Notes: a model not told the origin generated them from the sequence alone. A stretch of DNA of 64,000 nucleotides from an uncultured Acidobacteriota bacterium (GCA_963712365.1 CAVQHO010000001.1:32608-96607); one strand, 5' to 3'. Positions 52,444 through 61,318 are shown, numbered from the stretch's first letter. Numbers and translations: made by a program.

Positions 52444-53798
52444 TTCGTGCCTCCGGAGGTCGCCTGAGAGGGCGAGCCAGTCATACCGGCGGGAGTGGTC
52501 GATTTCAACAGCGTCATGGGAACCGCATTCTCAGGAGCGGTTTCAGGACCGGCGTGGCATCCAACGCATCCTCGCTGCTCGCCGCGCGCCATCCAGAAAA
52601 ATCCGGATTCGCGTTTCAACGTCCTGCCCGTAATGTCGAGCAGTTCGATTTGAAGTGGCTGGTCGCTTGGAACCTGGACAAAGAAGGATCCGTCCTTCTC
52701 TACGGGTGCGGTTCCGAGCAATTTTGAATTCCCGTCGTCGCCGCGCATGTATAAGCGGACCGCGTGTATGGAGCCCGGTACGAATTGATACTTCGACGTG
52801 TAGGCGTTCAGGCAAAGCAGGTTGGCATTCGACCAGTCATGCAAGCCCGAGGGGTGGCGTTTTGGGATTTGCCGAGTGCTGATCGCTCTCGGTTGCACAA
52901 GATTCATGGTTCGGTCGGAAACCAAGGGCTGTAGTTCCGTGGAGCCTGCGGTCCAACCCTTCAGCTGAAACGTAGCTTTCGGCCCTGGTCGCCACGAAAC
53001 AAGAAAGGACGGGTCACGCTCCTCGGTGACGTCCGCATATTCGCCCAGAGGAGAGGAGATCGAGAGTTCCAGCGCATGCGCCGAGGTGAAGCGGGAGAGG
53101 CCGCGGGTCGAAGCGAATACTATGTCTCCAGAAGTTGTCTGGGTGGCCGCGTATCGCGCCTTCCCGTGATCACATCTGTAAGACTCAACTCCGCTGCCGT
53201 CGGAATAGACCGTGTAGATTTCGGGAGTTGTGTTTGATCCGAGCGGATACCCTGCCTCGAACAGCAGCCGGCCGTCGCGGAGGACTGCGGCAGGCATAGC
53301 GTTAGCGGGGATATAGGTGAGAGCGCGAGACTCGCCCCCGGAAAGATCGGCAACTTCGATGACAAACCGGCCACTGACCTTACGAGCAAATACGAATCGA
53401 TCGTCTGGAAGATAGAGGGGCCGAATGCAATCCTCGGCGCGGGATGTGACGCGACGGGCATCGCTGCCATCCTTGTTCGCTTCCCAGATTTGCCATGGAT
53501 CCTGCAGGTGACGTTTGGCGGCGATCAGAACTCTTTCACCGTCGAAGGAGACGTCGGGGTCCGCGGACTCGGCAAAGTCGGGGACGAAGGGATGGGTACC
53601 GCTCTCGTTTTTCAAAATTATGGTGGCGTCACCGCCGAACCGGTCCGCCCCGTGCATCCACGCCAGTGACTCGTAACGGCTCGCGGACGTATACAGAAGA
53701 TCGGGAAGGGACGAGGGAGCAGACGGTCTGTTATTCGGAGTTGCAGGTCCGATCGCAACCGATAAGACCAGGAGGACGGCGATTGCACGCGCAAGCAC
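52440..53798 (-). CDS. Exported TolB-like propeller protein with hydrazine-synthase-alpha-like (HZS_alpha) C-terminal heme domain
   Basis: Signal peptide. C-terminal FFVQVPSDQPLQIELLDITGRTLKRESGFFWMARGEQRGCVGCHAG (single CxxCH). The family call is from memory of this motif. Confidence 0.6.
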   Translation of the reverse strand: MLARAIAVLLVLSVAIGPATPNNRPSAPSSLPDLLYTSASRYESLAWMHGADRFGGDATIILKNESGTHPFVPDFAESADPDVSFDGERVLIAAKRHLQDPWQIWEANKDGSDARRVTSRAEDCIRPLYLPDDRFVFARKVSGRFVIEVADLSGGESRALTYIPANAMPAAVLRDGRLLFEAGYPLGSNTTPEIYTVYSDGSGVESYRCDHGKARYAATQTTSGDIVFASTRGLSRFTSAHALELSISSPLGEYADVTEERDPSFLVSWRPGPKATFQLKGWTAGSTELQPLVSDRTMNLVQPRAISTRQIPKRHPSGLHDWSNANLLCLNAYTSKYQFVPGSIHAVRLYMRGDDGNSKLLGTAPVEKDGSFFVQVPSDQPLQIELLDITGRTLKRESGFFWMARGEQRGCVGCHAGPETAPENAVPMTLLKSTTPAGMTGSPSQATSGGTK

Positions 53799-54691
53799 TA
53801 ATCCGCTCCTCCTGACGCGAGGAGTTGCGGGCGAAGAGATCGGCTGTCCCGCTGGAGTTCGAGGTAGGGTTGGAGATCGACCATCATTCGACGGAACTCG
53901 GCAAACGAGAGCGATTGATTGCCATCACTCAGAGCTGACTCCGGCTGAGGGTGAACTTCCACGATGAGCCCATCTGCTCCGACAACGGCCGCCGCCCGCG
54001 AGAGCACTGGCACAAGCGATCGAACCCCGGCAGCATGACTGGGATCAACGATCACGGGTAGATGCGAGACGGTCTTCAACACTGGGACGGCAGCGATATC
54101 GAGAGTATTGCGGGTCGCAGTTTCAAAGGTGCGAATGCCGCGCTCGCACAAAATGATTTCTGGATTTCCCGCCATCGCAATCACTTGCGCTGAGCGAAGG
54201 AGTTCCTCCAGAGTTGCCGTCATGCCACGCTTTAAGAGCACAGGCCTTCCGCAACTTCCCAGGCGCTCGAGTAGCGCGTAGTTCTCCATGCTGCGCGTGC
54301 CGACCTGCATGATGTCCACGTATTCCGCGATGAGTTCCACGTCGTCCTCGCTCATCACCTCGCTGACAATGGCGAGGCCTGTGGCTTGCCTGGCCTTATC
54401 GAGAAGCTTTAGGCCTTCGACACCAAGACCTTGGAAGGCATACGGAGATGAGCGGGGCTTATAAGCGCCTCCGCGCAAAATACGTGCGCCAGCCTCCGCA
54501 ACAGCTTCGGCCGTTTCTAGTATTTGCTTCTCCGATTCGACCGCGCAGGGGCCGGCCATCACCACGAAATCACTGCCTCCAATTTCGAGGTCTCCAACCT
54601 GGATCAAGGTTTGGCCACGCGTGTCGGTCTTGGCGACAAGATCGAAACAAGAGAATTGGCCGTTCCATTTCGGATTCATGACCGAGGTCAT
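53798..54691 (-). CDS. aroF: 3-deoxy-7-phosphoheptulonate (DAHP) synthase, type I-beta
   Basis: [35 protein letters not shown]. The start could be 54691 or 54763. The stop shares one nt with the next gene's GTG (TAGTG). Confidence 0.9.
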   Translation of the reverse strand: MTSVMNPKWNGQFSCFDLVAKTDTRGQTLIQVGDLEIGGSDFVVMAGPCAVESEKQILETAEAVAEAGARILRGGAYKPRSSPYAFQGLGVEGLKLLDKARQATGLAIVSEVMSEDDVELIAEYVDIMQVGTRSMENYALLERLGSCGRPVLLKRGMTATLEELLRSAQVIAMAGNPEIILCERGIRTFETATRNTLDIAAVPVLKTVSHLPVIVDPSHAAGVRSLVPVLSRAAAVVGADGLIVEVHPQPESALSDGNQSLSFAEFRRMMVDLQPYLELQRDSRSLRPQLLASGGAD

Positions 54692-54821
54692 TCTAGTGAC
54701 GCCTATATCGGCGATCACTAATGCGTATCTGCTAGAACTAGCGAAATCAGCGGTTCGATGCACATCGCGTTAGCTGAATTACACCGTTAACTCCTTTGTA
54801 GAGAGACCTCAAGGCGAGCCC

Positions 54822-54837
54822 TGTGACCGCGCTCACA
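54822..54837. promoter_or_regulatory. CRP-type palindrome TGTGACCGCGCTCACA
   Basis: Perfect TGTGA-N6-TCACA in the divergent region between aroF and the Qrc-like operon. Confidence 0.45.
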
Positions 54838-55085
54838 GTTGTGCGAGAGCGTAAGCACAAACGAAGCAGTTTTCGCACCGCACATAACCGTGCGTTCAGG
54901 ATCGACTATGCGCTTTGGGGGCGGGATGAAGTCGCCAGGTGGAAGTGTTGGAATCGCCTACAGAGTTCGTTGGGAAAACCAACACGAGTACGCGTCTCTT
55001 CGCCGCAAGCTGTTGAGCTCACATGATGGCCATCGGCGTGCATTTCACCTGGTAGATGAGTTCCATCGAACAGGAGGTCATCGCG

Positions 55086-55382
55086 ATGGCCGGAGAAAAT
55101 TGGACGATGTGGCTGAATATTACAAACCTTGTACTTGGAATCGTCACCGTTGCTGCGCTTCTCATTGTGTTCTTCGCAGTGGGTTGGGATCTCTTGGCGA
55201 AGAAGTTTGGCCACGCCCAAACTGCGTCGGTATTGGGAAATATCGACGGTGAGTTGCGGGCACTCCTAAATGGCGGGACACACAGTTTTCGAGTCCCTGA
55301 ACTTGGGCTAACCATGGCGGACGGAGGCGAAAAAATTGAGCTCTCCGAAGATGGCAAATCCCCAAAGAAATCGCAGGAGTAA
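55086..55382 (+). CDS. Small single-pass membrane protein, first gene of the Qrc-like operon
   Basis: ATG at 55086 lies 8 nt after AGGAGG. TM helix WLNITNLVLGIVTVAALLIVFFAVGW. Confidence 0.55.
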   Translation: MAGENWTMWLNITNLVLGIVTVAALLIVFFAVGWDLLAKKFGHAQTASVLGNIDGELRALLNGGTHSFRVPELGLTMADGGEKIELSEDGKSPKKSQE

Positions 55383-55385
55383 GTT

Positions 55386-56231
55386 ATGGCCTGCCCACTG
55401 CTGCGGGAAGGTAAGGCGCGGTATTGCCATGCGGCCCCGGTTCGCAAGCTGATACTCAGCGGGCCTGGCGCCACTAACGGCGGGTTGTGCGATTCTCCGC
55501 AGTACCGCAGCTGTGAATTGGCTGCAAAAGATGCGGAGGCGCTTGATCGCTGTCCAGGGCTGGAGGAGATACGCGTACAGTACTGCGGGGTCTCGCCCGT
55601 GCCGCAATTCATTCCGTTCAGCGATTCCCAATTGTCAGGATGCACGAGCGACAACTACCGTTATTGCGATTCCTACTTGCATCTGTCGCAACCTCACGTC
55701 ACAAAGCCGCCTGCGACGCTTCTCTACTCTCCAAATCATTTCTGGCTGGATGCGGAGGAGTCGGGACTGTGTCACATCGGCGTCGATGCATTCGTCGCCG
55801 ATATCGCGGGTCAGGTCGACGGCGTAACGTTCGTCACGGCTCGCGGGACGCACTGCCCCGCCCTGGCGCTAACGATAAACGGCGTCGAATGGCCGATGAG
55901 CTTCCCGAATCCGATGATGATTCAAAGAGTGAATGGGCGCTTGCGCAGCGATCCCGCCCGATTGACCCTGGATCCGTACGGAACAGGATGGTTGTTCGAA
56001 GGCTGGGAAGTTCCGGGCCGAACGCGGACGGGCTTGCTTCGATCGCCGCAGGCAGATCTCTGGCAGGCCAATGAGCGCGAACGACTGAATCAAGAAATTC
56101 ACGACAGGCACGCTCCCGGATGTGATGGTGGAACCCCGGTCAAGGGTGTAGCGCAATTACTCGAGCGCCAGCACCTGGTCTGTCTGTTCCAGCATTTTTT
56201 CTCAAGAACGGACTGGACGGCGGAAAAATGA
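55386..56231 (+). CDS. Cys-rich protein with glycine-cleavage H-protein-like domain (no lipoyl-Lys evident)
   Basis: Duplicated N-terminal module CP.L.E....YC...P...(I)........C.S..Y..C at residues 3-43 and 56-94. Then YSPNHFWLDAEESGLCHIGVDAFVADIAGQVDGVTF...DPYGTGWLFE resembles the GcvH fold. No signal peptide. Confidence 0.7.
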   Translation: MACPLLREGKARYCHAAPVRKLILSGPGATNGGLCDSPQYRSCELAAKDAEALDRCPGLEEIRVQYCGVSPVPQFIPFSDSQLSGCTSDNYRYCDSYLHLSQPHVTKPPATLLYSPNHFWLDAEESGLCHIGVDAFVADIAGQVDGVTFVTARGTHCPALALTINGVEWPMSFPNPMMIQRVNGRLRSDPARLTLDPYGTGWLFEGWEVPGRTRTGLLRSPQADLWQANERERLNQEIHDRHAPGCDGGTPVKGVAQLLERQHLVCLFQHFFSRTDWTAEK

Positions 56232-56818
56232 AGATTCATCGCAACCTGATCTTCTTCACGTTGGGAGTGGCCACCGCATTATTTGTGGGCTGGTTTCTAT
56301 TTCCGCGACTTCTTTACGTGAAGAAAAATCAGCCTTTCGATTTCCTTCACAAAACGCATGCAGACAAGTCAGGTCTGAGCGACTGCAGTGAATGTCACAC
56401 CATTCACGAAGATGGAAGTTTCTCTGGCCTGCCTCCGACCGAAAAATGCGCTGGTTGCCATTCCGATCGGCTGGGCGAAAGCAAGGCCGAAGCGTTGTTA
56501 GTAAACGACTTCGTCAAACCCGGTCATGAGACTCCATGGCTGGTCTATTCAAAGCAGCCGACGAATGTCTGGTTCTCGCACGCGATTCATGTCAAACGGG
56601 CAAAGCTTGCGTGCTCGGAATGTCATTCCAGCTACGGGGACAAAGACGAAGTTCGAATTTACGAGGTCAACCGGATTAGCGGATACAGTCGGGATATTTG
56701 GGGACACTCGATATCGCGACTGCGGCGTGCGCAGCACGACGGCATGAAGATGACCGACTGTGAGGCATGCCATTCGCGTCACCACGTGGAAACAGGCTGC
56801 CTCGGTTGCCATCAATGA
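56228..56818 (+). CDS. qrcA: Membrane-anchored pentaheme cytochrome c3 family protein (QrcA/ActA-like)
   Basis: N-terminal TM helix. Five CxxCH motifs (CSECH, CAGCH, CSECH, CEACH, CLGCH). ATGA overlap with the upstream gene. Confidence 0.75.
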   Translation: MKIHRNLIFFTLGVATALFVGWFLFPRLLYVKKNQPFDFLHKTHADKSGLSDCSECHTIHEDGSFSGLPPTEKCAGCHSDRLGESKAEALLVNDFVKPGHETPWLVYSKQPTNVWFSHAIHVKRAKLACSECHSSYGDKDEVRIYEVNRISGYSRDIWGHSISRLRRAQHDGMKMTDCEACHSRHHVETGCLGCHQ

Positions 56819-56828
56819 AAGGTCGAAG

Positions 56829-58499
56829 ATGAAGTTCAGTCGGCGGGATCTTCTGTTATGGGGTGCAGGGGCCGCGGTAGGCGCCGTGGCCACTCCAGTG
56901 CCATGGAAGGTATTGGACGATGTTTCGATCTGGAGCCAGAACTGGCCGTGGATTCCGCAGCCGCCCCGCGGACCGGTGGAAGTGAAAGCGTCGTTCTGCT
57001 CATTGTGTCCGAACGGATGCGGGCTGCGCGTGAAGATGTCATCCGGCTACGCAGTGGGTGTTGCGGGGATGTCGACGCATTCAGTCAGCCGAGGGGTGTT
57101 GTGCCCTCTCGGATACGCCGCCCATCAACTCAATTGGCATCCGCGCCGACTCAAGACTGTGAAGCATCGCGGGATGAGTTCATCGTGGGGCGAGGCGCAA
57201 TCAGCGTTTGTGAAGGCCTGCAGCGAGGGCGCGATCATGGTCATCGACGGCTATCCCGGGAGAGCAGCTTCCTCGGTATTGCAGTCGTTTGTAGAAAAGC
57301 TGCATGGCTCCTACCGCGCCCTGCCCAATTCGGAAGTACGAACCCTCTTGCCTTACGAAAAATGGATCGGGGGTTCCGCTCATTCGCTTGGCTATGATCT
57401 CGAAAACGCACGAACCGTCGTCAGCTTTGGAGTTCCCTTGCTTGATGGATGGGGCGTCCCGGGTCGGTTTCCCTGGCTCTGGGCCGAAGGTGGCACGGGC
57501 GGCCGCGATGCAAAGTTGCGGCTCATACAAGTCGATGCTTCGATGTCGCGGACAGCCGCTCGTTCCTGGCGATGGGTATCGATCAAGGAAGGATCGGAGT
57601 CGGCTCTAGCAGCGGGATTAGCCAAGGCACTGATTCAACAGAAATTAATACCGGCTCACGATGAATTCGCGTTGCCTACCCTTCCTGATGTCGCGCAACA
57701 AACAGGCTTGCCGGTAGATGCCATTCTGGACCTGGCGCGAGTTGTCGTAGAACGAGGTCCTGTGGTGGGGATTGCTCGCGATGAAAATCCTGCGGTTGCG
57801 GCTTTGAATGTGGTGCTTGGATCTGTCGGCGTACCCGGTGGAATCGTACGTAGATCAACAGCTGAGGTGACTCGTCCTCAGACCCAACAGACGCGTCCGA
57901 AAGTTCGAGCTGTCTTGCTAGATGGAAGCGTCCCTTGGGATTTCACGATTGATACCGATGCTGAAATCTTTCGCTTTGCCGCCTGGGATGGCGGCGCGAA
58001 AACAGCGGACTGGCTGCTTCCAGCCCCAGGCTTTCTCGAAGAAGTGTCCGACATACCCGCGGCGCCTACAGCCTCAGTGGACACGTACACGATCGCAGCG
58101 AGTCTGACAAAGCCTGCTTTCGAAGTGCGCAGTGCTGCCAAGTTTCTGACTGGCGTGGAGCCCAACCTAACTCCAATCGAGGAGATCATCCATGCTCGCT
58201 GCCAGAATCTTTTTAGGCGGCGAGCAGGCGCTGTTCACAGAGAAAAAGCGATTCCGATCTCAGAGTTCGCCTCTGCACAGAAATTAGAAGAGGCGCTATC
58301 AAACGGCGCCGTGTGGGTCAACGACGGCAAGGCCGGTGCCAAGATCGAATGCCGACTACGAGAATGGCCCACCTCCACTTTAGTCTCGCAACAGGACGAT
58401 TGGGCAGCGTCGTGGCAACCGCCAGTTCTCCCTCCGCTGGCGTCAAAGCTCTTCGTCGAGTCGAAATTAAGAAACTCTCCCAACCGGAGTAACACATGA
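56829..58499 (+). CDS. qrcB: Tat-exported molybdopterin-oxidoreductase-like subunit (QrcB-like, probably cofactor-less)
   Basis: MKFSRRDLLLWGAGAAVGAVATPVPWKVLDDVSIWSQNWPWIPQPPRG and FS0 motif CSLCPNGCG. At 556 aa it is shorter than catalytic PsrA-type subunits. Confidence 0.75.
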   Translation: MKFSRRDLLLWGAGAAVGAVATPVPWKVLDDVSIWSQNWPWIPQPPRGPVEVKASFCSLCPNGCGLRVKMSSGYAVGVAGMSTHSVSRGVLCPLGYAAHQLNWHPRRLKTVKHRGMSSSWGEAQSAFVKACSEGAIMVIDGYPGRAASSVLQSFVEKLHGSYRALPNSEVRTLLPYEKWIGGSAHSLGYDLENARTVVSFGVPLLDGWGVPGRFPWLWAEGGTGGRDAKLRLIQVDASMSRTAARSWRWVSIKEGSESALAAGLAKALIQQKLIPAHDEFALPTLPDVAQQTGLPVDAILDLARVVVERGPVVGIARDENPAVAALNVVLGSVGVPGGIVRRSTAEVTRPQTQQTRPKVRAVLLDGSVPWDFTIDTDAEIFRFAAWDGGAKTADWLLPAPGFLEEVSDIPAAPTASVDTYTIAASLTKPAFEVRSAAKFLTGVEPNLTPIEEIIHARCQNLFRRRAGAVHREKAIPISEFASAQKLEEALSNGAVWVNDGKAGAKIECRLREWPTSTLVSQQDDWAASWQPPVLPPLASKLFVESKLRNSPNRSNT

Positions 58500-59239
58500 G
58501 AGCGCGGTACGGCATGGTTATCGATCTCGACCGATGCACCGGATGCGGCGCATGCATGGTCGCATGTACAGCTGAAAACAACGTTCCGTCCCTTCCACAA
58601 GCGAGTGCGCGAACCGGCATCACTCCGGTGCTCGTGCGCCGAGTGTCCAACGGAATGGAAGGCATCGCGAAGCGAGAAATATTTATTCCGATCATGTGCG
58701 CCCACTGCGAACACGAAACTCCGTGCGTGAAGGTGTGTCCGCAACAAGCTGTGGAAGTGGACAAGGCAACAGGGATTGTCATGCAGATGCCGCAGCGCTG
58801 CCTTGGATGCCGCTATTGCATGACTGCGTGTCCTTATCACGCCCGCTACTACAACTGGTGGGATCCTTCATGGCCGGCAGGGATGGAGAGTAGCCTGAAT
58901 CCGGGAGTGGCGGTGAGGATGCGGGGCGTAGTCGAAAAGTGCAACCTTTGTCACGCACGCTTCCACGCCGCTAAAGAAAAAGCGGCTGCGGCTGGCCGAT
59001 CGGAGATCGATCCAGCCGATTACATCCCGGCATGCGTGGAATCCTGCCCGACAGGCGCAATCCGATTTGGAAATCTCGCGGACACGCAAGATCCCGTCTC
59101 AGAAGAAGTGAAGGCGCCCGAGACGTTTCAATTACTTGCGCGTCTTGGCACGGCGCCGAAGGTTTACTACAAGTCGAGGGAACCATGGGTGAGAAATCTG
59201 GCGGAACCCGGGCGCCAGTCGGAGGCTCAGCATGGCTAG
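58496..59239 (+). CDS. qrcC: 4Fe-4S ferredoxin-type subunit (QrcC/PsrB-like)
   Basis: YGMVIDLDRCTGCGACMVAC, CAHCEHETPCVKVCP, CLGCRYCMTACPY, CNLC...CVESCPTGA. Confidence 0.85.
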   Translation: MRARYGMVIDLDRCTGCGACMVACTAENNVPSLPQASARTGITPVLVRRVSNGMEGIAKREIFIPIMCAHCEHETPCVKVCPQQAVEVDKATGIVMQMPQRCLGCRYCMTACPYHARYYNWWDPSWPAGMESSLNPGVAVRMRGVVEKCNLCHARFHAAKEKAAAAGRSEIDPADYIPACVESCPTGAIRFGNLADTQDPVSEEVKAPETFQLLARLGTAPKVYYKSREPWVRNLAEPGRQSEAQHG

Positions 59240-60493
59240 CACGGTTCTCACTGACGCTCGATGGATCAGTCGCGGGGAAGAAAGGACGTCGCTCACGCGA
59301 TTCCTGCTGTGGCTCGCACCCTGGGCGTTGCTGCTGGTCCTTGGCGTCTATGCGGCCGGTCTTTGCCTCTACTTCGGCCTCAACCAAACGAACATGGACA
59401 ACCGCTTTGCCTTCGGGCTCTGGATCTTTCTAGATCTCGGCATCATTGCACTGGGAGCAGGAGCGTTCTTTACCGGATTGCTCGTTTATATTCTGAAACG
59501 AACGGAATTGAAGCCGATCTTGAACACGGCCGTCGTCGTTGGGTTTATCTGCTATAGCGGTGCGGTCGGCATACTGATGATCGATGTGGGGCAACCGTTA
59601 AGGGCGTGGTTCACATTCTGGCATCCGAACACACACTCCATGCTCACGGAGGTCACGTTCTGCATTTCGTGTTACCTGCTGGTGCTTAGCCTCGAGTACA
59701 TCCCCTTGCTGTTGCGCAACCGAAACCTAAGCAAGATACCCTCATTCCTTGTCTTCGAACATCAACTGCACAAACTAGTTCCCGTTCTCGCCGGCGTTGG
59801 AACGCTACTCTCCTTCTTCCATCAGGGATCGCTTGGTGGACTGTACGGAGTGCTGCGAGGACGGCCATTTGCCTTCAGGGACGGCATCCTGATCTGGCCG
59901 TCAACGTTTTTTCTGTTCATCCTTTCAGCAATTGCCTCGGGCCCGAGCTTTCTGATGTTGATCGCCGCCACCGCCGAGAAGCTCACGGGCGGAAACTCGT
60001 GCCGAGCCAGTTATTTCGACGCCTCGGATTTATATCGGGAACTCTGCTTGGTGTTTACGTCGCGGCAAAATCGATTGATACGCTGATCTGGCTTAACTAC
60101 ACATCCCCAGCTGAAGGTTTCGAACCCTGGCAGTTCTACTCTTATCGTCCCTTCGGTACGCCGATTCTGTTCGTTGAGATTGTGCTTCTAGGTTTGGTGC
60201 CGGCGTTCCTGTTGACGTTCCGAAAGACAGCCAATCGGAAGGGTCTGCTTCTTACGGGCGCGGCATTGGCTTGCGTAGGGATATTGCTGAACAGATTCGT
60301 CCTAACGATTCAGACCCTAGCGCTGCCGACGCTTCCATTCGATGAGTTCCTGAAGTACACGCCGAGTTGGCAGGAAGTCGCCAGCTTCGGTGGAGTCGTG
60401 GCATACGGGGTGATTGTTTACTCACTGTCGTATCGATATTTGCCGCTTTTCGCGAACTCAAAGGGAGAGGACACGCATGTTTCCGGGAATTGA
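59232..60493 (+). pseudogene. qrcD: NrfD/PsrC family quinone-interacting membrane subunit (QrcD-like), one frame disruption
   Basis: ORFs 59232..60086 and 59999..60493 join at ..AEKLTG/(R)KLVPSQLFRRLGFISG, consistent with one missing C in ACGGGCGGAAAC near 59990. Multiple TM helices. Confidence 0.8.
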
Positions 60494-61301
60494 CGGATTT
60501 CACTGGGCGTTCGGCCATGTTCTTTTTCTAACGCTGTTCTTCGCCGTGGTTCTAACGATTTCCGCAACCATCGCTTCAGCGGTAATGAAGACCGTCAACG
60601 ATTTTCGGAGCCACAAAGCCGCTGAGCTGTGCTGGAAATCGCATTTCTCAAAGGTGCCCGATTCCAGCAAGCGATGCCGCCATGAACTGGCTGGAAGAGT
60701 CATCTCGAGAACCTGCGACAACAACTTTGACTGCCGAACCTGCAAGAACTACTCGCACTTTGCGGTACTGCCAGCATCAGGCAATGCACATCCGTGTGGG
60801 CTGGATTTCCCAGACGACCGCCTGTATCACCGAGGTCATACTTGGGTGAAAACGGTTGAGGATGGAAATTTGCTTGTCGGGCTAGACAGCCTGGCAGAGT
60901 GCCTAATCGGCGATCCTGATTCTGTCCGGATGCCAGATTTAGGCGACGAAATCGAGGCGAATCAGACCGCGTGGCGCATCCGGAAGAACGGGGCCGAGAT
61001 CTCTGTTCGCGCGCCGATCGAAGGAACGATCCTGGAGGTTGGCGGACCCGGCAAGGGCTGGTATCTCAAGATGCGCCCACGATCAGATCTGAACGACCGC
61101 GTGGCATTGCGCCACCTTCTCCGTGGACCGGAAGTGAGAGGATGGATCTCCCGAGAAATGGAGCGCCTGCAGATCCAGCTGCGAACACCTGACAGCGCTC
61201 CTGCGCTTGCAGATGGCGGGGTGCTGCTGCCCCACCTGATGGATTCAATCCTAGAGGCAGACTGGGACGCAGTACTATCCGACACGTTCCTCACTGATTG
61301 A
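60477..61301 (+). CDS. Membrane-anchored Cys-rich protein with second GcvH-like domain
   Basis: ATG at 60477 follows AGGGAGAGG and overlaps the qrcD end by 17 nt. TM helix FGHVLFLTLFFAVVLTISATIASAV. Cys cluster CWKS...CRHE...CDNNFDCRTC. Then YHRGHTWVKTVEDGNLLVGLDSLAECLIG...APIEGTILEV...GKGWYLKM. Confidence 0.7.
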   Translation: MFPGIDGFHWAFGHVLFLTLFFAVVLTISATIASAVMKTVNDFRSHKAAELCWKSHFSKVPDSSKRCRHELAGRVISRTCDNNFDCRTCKNYSHFAVLPASGNAHPCGLDFPDDRLYHRGHTWVKTVEDGNLLVGLDSLAECLIGDPDSVRMPDLGDEIEANQTAWRIRKNGAEISVRAPIEGTILEVGGPGKGWYLKMRPRSDLNDRVALRHLLRGPEVRGWISREMERLQIQLRTPDSAPALADGGVLLPHLMDSILEADWDAVLSDTFLTD

Positions 61302-61318
61302 GCGTTCGGCGAAGTGGG

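Noticed and set aside
54764-55085. A sigma54 (-24 TGGCAC / -12 TTGC) promoter upstream of the Qrc-like operon, expected because of the neighbouring NtrC-type regulator.
   Set aside because: Reading the region by eye, I found no GG-N10-GC element with acceptable flanks. Only the CRP-type palindrome stands out. A PWM scan would be needed to be sure.
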